A DNA stretch of 64,000 nt. Source: an uncultured Gemmatimonadaceae bacterium. GTDB lineage: Bacteria > Gemmatimonadota > Gemmatimonadetes > Gemmatimonadales > Gemmatimonadaceae. This document shows positions 56,327 to 64,000 of this stretch, piece by piece. Made by a program: the position numbers and the translations under genes. Positions within the stretch are counted from its first letter, which is position 1, and every line of letters begins with the position of its first letter. The stretch is taken from the NCBI GenBank assembly GCA_963829055.1, contig CAWHHI010000016.1, forward strand, positions 288,001-352,000. Direction: 5' to 3'. The notes below the pieces were generated by a model that worked only from the letters and a program-made list of their open reading frames with translations, made no database searches and was not told where the DNA came from.

Positions 56327-57697
56327 CGGCACGGCGTCGCGGCGCCGCGCCGTCCGCCTCGTTAGGCGAGCTGGAGCTGTTCGGAGCCGATTCGCCGGCT
56401 CCTCCCAAGCGTGAGACGAAGCGCGACACGTCGCGCGCGTCTGATCGATCGTCGCGCGCCGTGCCCCCGCCGCCACCGCGCGTGGAACGCATGGTGCGCG
56501 AGGAGGAGGCCGTTCCCGGAACGACTGCTGGTGCCGCGGTCTCGGTGATGGCGCTGACGTGCACGGCGAAGGACGTCCTCGAGGGGGCGTTCATGCCGCT
56601 CTGGGTCAGAGGCGAGGTCTCCGACTTCAAGGCGCATCGCAACGGCCACTGGTACTTTTCCCTCCGCGACGCCGACGCCCAGATCCGCTGCGTCGCGTGG
56701 GCGCGCGACCGTCGCATCCCCGCCCGCCCCGATGACGGGATGCAGATCGCCGCGTTAGGCCAGTTGACCGTCTACGCGGCTCGCGGTGACATGCAGTTCG
56801 CCGTCACGCGAATGGAGGCGGAAGGAGACGGCCTGTGGCGGAAGGCACTCGACCTCACGCGCGCGCGACTCCACGCCGAGGGTCTGCTGGATCCAGCGCG
56901 CAAGCGTCGTCTGCCGCAGCACCCGCGTCGCATTGCCGTCATCACCAGCCGCGACGGTGCCGCGCTGCGCGACATCTTCGCCGTTGCACAGCGGCGATGT
57001 CCGTCCGTCGAGATCGTGCTCGTGCCCGCGGCGGTGCAGGGTGACACCGCTCCTGAATCGTTATGCTATGCGCTCGATCAGGTCGCGCGGTGGGCGGATG
57101 CGGACGTGCTCATCATCGGGCGTGGTGGCGGCGCGCGCGAGGATCTGTGGGCGTTCAACGACGAGCGCGTCGCTCGCGCGCTGGCGGCGTGTCCCATTCC
57201 GACCATCTCGGCCGTCGGCCATGAGATCGACATCTCGATCTGTGACCTCGTGGCGGATCTCCGCGCAGCAACGCCGTCTGCCGCGGCCGAGGCCGCGGTC
57301 CCGGTACAGGCGGAGATCCGGGAACGACTGCGCGCGTCCGCGGAGTTGCTGACCGATCTGACGGCCGATCACGTTTCGCGCGCGAAGCTGCGGGCGGCTG
57401 ACGCAGCGCGACGTGTCGTCTCCGGCGCGGCGCGGCGCGTGGATCGGCGGCGTCTGGAACTGCAGTCCGCGGCGGTCGCGCTCAACGCGCTGAGTCCGTT
57501 GGCGACGTTGGAGCGCGGCTACGCGATCGTCCGAACGCGGCGATGGGAAAACCGTCCGATCAGCGTCGACACTGGCAGCCGGCAGCGCGGTCGATGTCGT
57601 CTTCCGCGATGGTGTCGCGTCGGCCACGATCGAACGCGTCACGCCTAACGTCGTGGACGGTTCGGTCCCGGCCGGCACAACGGGAGAGGACCGGTGA
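56323..57697 (+). CDS. xseA: Exodeoxyribonuclease VII large subunit, frameshift near 57535
   Basis: [48 protein letters not shown]. Confidence 0.93.
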
Positions 57698-57898
57698 GCT
57701 TCGAGACGAGCCTCGAGCGCCTCGAGTCCATCTCGGCGCGACTGGAAGACGAGGAGCTCGAGCTGGACGCCGCGCTCGCGTTGTTCGAGGAGGGCATTGC
57801 GGAGTTGCGTGCGGCGTCGGCATTTCTCGCCGAGGCGGAAACGCGCCTCAAACTACTGACTGAGGCAGCGGACGGAGTATTTCGCGTCGACACTCTGC

Positions 57899-57906
<8 letters not shown>
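57694..57906 (+). CDS. xseB: Exodeoxyribonuclease VII small subunit
   Basis: [25 protein letters not shown]. Confidence 0.93.
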
Positions 57907-58795
<889 letters not shown>

Positions 58796-58845
58796 GATGC
58801 CGGTGAGATGGAAGCGCGAGTGCTGCTCATGACCTCGAACCGCAC

Positions 58846-60772
58846 ATGATACTTCTCGACCGAATCAAGTCGCCCGCCGATCTCAAGAAGCTGAGCCGCG
58901 AGGAGCTGGCCGCGCTGGCCGGCGAGATGCGTGCACGCCTCATCGATGTCTGCTCGCGCACGGGCGGACACATCGGCGCGGGACTCGGCGTCGTCGAGTT
59001 GACGATCGCGCTGCACTACTGCTTCGACACGCCGGTCGACCAGATCGTCTGGGACGTAGGTCACCAGGGCTACCCGCACAAGATTCTCACCGGACGCGAC
59101 GACCGCCTCGACACGTTGCGGCAAGAGGGCGGGCTGTCCGGCTTTCTGAAGCGGGCCGAGAGCGAGTATGACGTGTTCGGCGCAGGTCACGCGGCTACGG
59201 CGATCTCCGCGGCACTCGGCGTCGCCGTCGGACGCGACATTCGCGACGAGAAATTCAAGGTCGTCGCTGTCCTGGGCGACGGCGCGCTGACGTCGGGGCT
59301 CGCGTACGAGGGGCTGAACAACGCCGGCGCATTCGGACCGGGACATCATCGTCGTGCTCAACGACAACGAGATGTCGATCGCGCCGAACGTCGGTGCCAT
59401 CTCGAAGTACCTGAACTCCGTCCAGCGCAATCCGCTCTACAACCGGCTCCGATCGAAGATCGGTGAGGTCGCCGACAACCTGAGCGAAAAGGGGCCGGGC
59501 GTGCTGTCCAGCGCCGGCGCGATGGTCCGTCGGTGGGAAGAGAGCGTGAAGGCGTTCCTCACGCCGGGCGTGCTGTTCGAGGAGCTCGGTTTCCGCTACT
59601 TCGGGCCGATCGACGGACACGACCTCGACGTGCTCGTCGACACGTTAGGCGCGGTGCGCACCATGACCGGCCCGCGGCTCGTGCACGTCGTGACACAGAA
59701 AGGGAGAGGCTTCCCCGCCGGTGAACGCGGCGCCGGTGCAGCGGAGAAGTGGCATGCGCTTCCGCCGGGTCATGATCCGGCAACGGGCAATCAGCTCGCC
59801 GCTGCCTCCGGAAACCCGCAGTACACCAAGGTGTTCGGCGAGGGACTCGCCGTGCTCATGTCCGAGCGCGATGACGTCGCCTGCATCACGGCCGCGATGC
59901 CGAGCGGCACGGGCACCGGTGTCGTCGCGAAGGCGCACCCGAAGCGGTTCTTCGACGTCGGCATCGCGGAAGGCCATGCGGTGACGTTCGCAGCCGGCCT
60001 CGCTACGCGCGGGATTCGGCCAGTCGTCGCGATCTACTCGACGTTCCTGCAACGCGCCTTCGACAACATCATTCACGACGTCGCGCTGCAGCACCTGCCC
60101 GTCCTGTTCTGCATGGATCGGGCGGGACTCGTCGGCGAGGACGGCGAGACGCACATGGGGCTCTACGACATCGCGTACATGCTGGCGGTGCCCGGCATGA
60201 CCGTCACCGCGCCGAAGGACGGCGGCGAGATGCTCGCGCTGCTCCGTACCGCGCTCGCGCACGAGGACGGCCCCATGTCGATCAGGTATCCTCGTGCGCC
60301 GCTGCCGGCGCCCGCACCCGCCATGGCCGATGTCACGTCGATCCCGTACGGGACGTGGGACGTCGTTAGGCGTGCGGCCGCTGGAGCCGAGGTCGCGATT
60401 CTCGCCGTCGGAACCATGGTCGCCCCCTCACTCGAGGCGGCGGAGACGCTCGCGGCCGATGGCTTGGAGGTCAGCGTGGTGAACTGCCGGTTCCTGAAGC
60501 CGTACGACGAGTTGACGCTGGCCGCAGTGATGTCCGAGCACCGCAAACTGCTCGTCGTGGAAGAAGGCACGGTGATCAACGGCTTCGGGGCATATATGGC
60601 GTCCGTCGTTCAGCGCCTCGATCCGGATATCCGCGTCGAGGCGCATGGAGTTCCCGATCGCGTGATCTACGCGGCATCGCGCGCGCGTCAGCTCGCGTCG
60701 TGCGGGCTCGATGCCGCTGGCATCGCAGCGCGCGTCCGCGCCCTTCACGAGAGCGAGGCGCTCACCGGGTGA
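58846..60772 (+). CDS. dxs: 1-deoxy-D-xylulose-5-phosphate synthase, frameshift near 59330
   Basis: [50 protein letters not shown]. Confidence 0.96.
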
Positions 60773-61648
60773 TTCGCCTCGGAGTCGTTGGCCACCGCGG
60801 CTATGACGGCCTCGCCGAGATTCTCAGTACCGTATTCCGCTTCGCCGGTGAGCTCGAGCTCGAGCCCATCTTCGAGCCGGACCTGCTCGACGTCGCTCCC
60901 GGGGCGGGACGCCTCGAGACGAGCACGGAGATCGACGCGCTCGCTCACGCTCGGTGGCGATGGGACCCTGCTTCGTGGGGCTCGGCTCCTCGGCGGGCGG
61001 CCCGTGCCTATTCTCGGAATCAATCTCGGAAGGCTCGGCTTTCTCACGAGCTGCGGTCGCGACGAGACAGAGCTCGCGCTGCGCCGCCTCGCCGCTGGTG
61101 ATTACCTCGCCGAGCGGCGGATGCAGCTCGAGGCGCAAGCGATCGACCGGGCGGGCAGCGGCCGCAAACGCTGGTTCGCGCTCAATGACGTCGTGCTGCA
61201 CAAGGGTGGATTCGCACGCGTGCTGCATCTGAGCGTCTCCGCGAACGGCGATCCGGTGGGCACGTACGCCGCGGACGGCATCGTGTTCTCGACGCCGACG
61301 GGCTCGACGGCGTATAGCCTGTCCGCCGGTGGGCCGGTGGTCGTGCCGACGCTCGAGTCCATCGTGCTCACGCCGATCTCTGCGCACACACTCGCGATTC
61401 GACCACTCGTCCTGGCTGCGGATACGGAGCTCCGCGTGCATACGGATGATGGCCCCGACGAGCTTCTGGTGACGGTGGACGGGCAGGTGGGCACGACATT
61501 CGGTATCGGCGAGACGCTCATGGTGCGCCGCGCTGACCGCCACGCGCTCATCGTCCGCTTTCCCGGGTCCACGTTCTTCTCGGTGCTCACGCGCAAGCTC
61601 GGATGGGGTGGACTCGCGGACCGAGACGGTACGCCGCCGGCATGCTGA
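60769..61648 (+). CDS. nadK: NAD kinase, frameshift near 60943
   Basis: LGGDGTLL, GINLGRLGFL, LNDVV, STPTGSTAYSLSAGGP. Confidence 0.95.
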
Positions 61649-63348
61649 CCGAGTTACGCATCAAGAATTTCGCGATCATCGAGTCGCTCACGCTGCCGCT
61701 CGCACCGGGGTTCAACGTGTTGTCGGGTGAAACGGGAGCGGGCAAGTCGATCATCGTTGGCGCGTTAGGCCTCCTGCTCGGTGAACGTGCGAGCGGAGAT
61801 CTCATCCGCACCGGCGCGGACCGCGCGGTCGTCGAAGGCGTGTTCGACATCGCGGGACACACATCGGCCGCGTCCGTGCTCGACGAGCGCGGCGTCGACG
61901 TGGAGAACGACACGGTGGTGCTGCGTCGTGAGGTGAACGCCACCGGACGCGCGCGCGCATGGGTGAACGGCAGCACGGTCACGGCCGCGGTGCTCGCGGA
62001 AGTCGGTCGCCTGCTCGTGAACCTGCACGGCCAGCACGAAGCGCAGACGCTCCTCGACACGGACGCGCAGCGCCAGATCCTCGATGCGTTCGGCGGCGCG
62101 ACCGAGCAGGCGAACCAGCTTCGCGTCGCGTACGAGGCGCTTTCGGCGGTCCGACGCGACATCCAGACGCTCGAGTCGCGTCGGTCGGAAGCCGAACGGC
62201 GCGCGGACTACCTGCGGCACGTCTCGCAGGAGATCGACGCGGCGCGCCTGGTCGCCGGCGAGGAAGAGCGGCTCGAGGACGAGGCGCGGCGGCTGGAGCA
62301 TGCCGAGGAGCTCCGGTCACTCGCGCAGGGGATGACCGGGATCCTCGAGGGTGACGAGGACGCGGTGCTCCAGCGGCTTGCCGCCGTACAGCGCTCGCTC
62401 GCGAGCATTCAGCGTATCGATCCGTCGCTCGCGCGCCTGCAGGAGACGTTCGACGCGGCCTTCTACGGGCTCGAGGAGCTCGCTCGCGAGCTCGTCGCGT
62501 ATGAGGAAGGCATCGAGCTGGATCCAGAACGGCTCGCCGAGGTGGAGCGGCGGCGCGACCTCATCTTTCGCCTAACGAAGAAATACGGCCCGGAGATCGG
62601 CGACGTGCTCGAGACCGCGCAGCGCGCACGAGCCGAGCTGGATCTGGTCGACTCCGCGGCGTTCGACATCCGGCAGTTAGGGGAGCGCGAGCGCGCCGCT
62701 GCGGCTCGCGTCAGTGAAGCGGCCGCTGCGCTGACCGCGCTTCGCGTGGCGGCGGCCGATCGCCTCGCTCGCGCGGTCGATCAGGTCCTGCCAGACCTCG
62801 GGATCGCCGATGGACGGTTCACTGCGGCGCTCTCACCGCGCCCGGAGATCGGCGCAACGGGCGCCGAGGATGTGGAGTTCCGAGTGGCGCTCAACCTCGG
62901 GCACGACGCCCGTCCACTCGCGCGGGTCGCGTCAGGCGGTGAGCTCTCGCGTGTCATGCTCGCGCTCAAGACCATTCTGGCGCGTCTCGATCACGTTCCG
63001 ACGCTCGTCTTCGATGAGGTCGACGCTGGCATTGGTGGTCGCGTCGGCCTGCAGGTGGGCGAGACCATGCGCCGTGTCGCCGCGCACCATCAGGTCTTCG
63101 CCATTTCTCACCTTCCGCAGATCGCCGCCCGCGCGCACCACCACATCGTCGTGGCGAAAGGCGCGCGCGAAGGTGTCACGACCGCCGACACCCGCGTGCT
63201 CGACGGCGACGCCCGAGTCATCGAGATCGCGCGGATGCTTGGCGGTGATCCCGAGAGCGAGGTCAGTCAGGCGCACGCTCGCGAGCTCCTCGCGACCGCT
63301 GCGGTGCCTGACCCTTCCAGAGCGCCGCGGCGATCGAAGAAGCGTTAG
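61642..63348 (+). CDS. recN: DNA repair protein RecN
   Basis: LSGETGAGKS, HGQHE, ASGGELSR, FDEVDAGIGG, SHLPQIAA. Confidence 0.96.
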   Translation: MLTELRIKNFAIIESLTLPLAPGFNVLSGETGAGKSIIVGALGLLLGERASGDLIRTGADRAVVEGVFDIAGHTSAASVLDERGVDVENDTVVLRREVNATGRARAWVNGSTVTAAVLAEVGRLLVNLHGQHEAQTLLDTDAQRQILDAFGGATEQANQLRVAYEALSAVRRDIQTLESRRSEAERRADYLRHVSQEIDAARLVAGEEERLEDEARRLEHAEELRSLAQGMTGILEGDEDAVLQRLAAVQRSLASIQRIDPSLARLQETFDAAFYGLEELARELVAYEEGIELDPERLAEVERRRDLIFRLTKKYGPEIGDVLETAQRARAELDLVDSAAFDIRQLGERERAAAARVSEAAAALTALRVAAADRLARAVDQVLPDLGIADGRFTAALSPRPEIGATGAEDVEFRVALNLGHDARPLARVASGGELSRVMLALKTILARLDHVPTLVFDEVDAGIGGRVGLQVGETMRRVAAHHQVFAISHLPQIAARAHHHIVVAKGAREGVTTADTRVLDGDARVIEIARMLGGDPESEVSQAHARELLATAAVPDPSRAPRRSKKR

Positions 63349-63352
63349 GCGA

Positions 63353-64000
63353 TCACTGGCTGGCGGCGGCAGCGGGGCGCGCCGGGCGCATGGGCGCGCC
63401 GAACAACCGCGTGTAGTATCGCAGCGAAATCTGGGTATTGAACTGCTTCGGGACGTATCCCGATCCGCTCATCGTCTGCCAGTGCACGATCTGGATCTCG
63501 ACCGGCAGACGCGCGCGACCGCGGTCGAACGCGCTCAGCGTCGAGAAGCTTGCGCCACCGCCGATTCGCTGCTCCGTCTGCTCGGTGCCCACACCGAGAA
63601 TGCTCGCGTCGAGCACGACGGGCACGCCCTCGGGGCCGTCCACCGTGAACGTTCCCGTGTACTTGTCCTCCGCCTTTCGCCGGTAGCGCCAGTGCAATGA
63701 CAGGGAGATGTATTCGTTGTACACGTAACGCGGGCTCGCCTCGAGCTCCATGTAGTCGCCGAGGTCTCGCGTAACGGTCTGCTCACGATATTCCGCCGTG
63801 AACGGATTGCGCGGGACATCCGGAATGCGCAACGGCAGCTCGTCCTGGAGCTGAACGCCGATGCGGGCGACGACGGATGCCCACAGCCGTCGGCCGAACA
63901 CCATGTCGAGTGCGCCGTTGCCTTCCACGTCTGTCTGGCCGTCCCCGGTGCCGACGTCTACCAGCTCATTCGGCTTGTCGACCTGACCCGTACCGAGTCG
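63353..64000 (-). CDS. Hypothetical protein (5'-partial), beta-strand-rich, possibly outer membrane
   Basis: Frame open to the window edge (..GTGDGQTDVEG..); alternating aromatic/polar strands ending ISLRYYTRLF. Confidence 0.65.
   Translation of the reverse strand, partial: RLGTGQVDKPNELVDVGTGDGQTDVEGNGALDMVFGRRLWASVVARIGVQLQDELPLRIPDVPRNPFTAEYREQTVTRDLGDYMELEASPRYVYNEYISLSLHWRYRRKAEDKYTGTFTVDGPEGVPVVLDASILGVGTEQTEQRIGGGASFSTLSAFDRGRARLPVEIQIVHWQTMSGSGYVPKQFNTQISLRYYTRLFGAPMRPARPAAAASQ

Overview
High-GC (roughly two-thirds G+C by eye) bacterial chromosome segment. Gene order and the small hypothetical proteins suggest Gemmatimonadota/Gemmatimonadaceae (inference). 1-16.5 kb: the end of a surface-polysaccharide cluster (8 glycosyltransferases, Wzy-like polymerase, AsnB-type amidotransferase, carbamoyltransferase, gmd, two SAM methyltransferases). 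16.6-18.6 kb: tRNA-Val(CAC) and tRNA-Ile2(CAT) bracketing small hypothetical ORFs. 18.7-64 kb: housekeeping genes (heptose kinase, mlaEFD, obgE, dprA, hemW-hrcA-dnaJ-prmA-rsmE, mutS2, dnaG, recJ-rsmD-coaD-pta, an RsbV/W/U-type partner-switching module, rsmA, rex, infC-rpmI-rplT, pheST, zapA-6S RNA-rny, folD, xseAB, ispA, dxs, nadK, recN). Many core genes between 24 and 61 kb carry single-base frameshifts, most likely long-read assembly errors. The most striking unexplained signal is a dispersed non-palindromic motif, GTTAGG/CCTAAC (usually CGTTAGGC). I counted it 48 times by eye, on both strands, in different reading frames, often via rare codons. There are also two long nested palindromic elements, heptamer tandem repeats with G-quadruplex potential, a perfect Rex operator, an L20-leader-like attenuator and several leaderless-type promoters.
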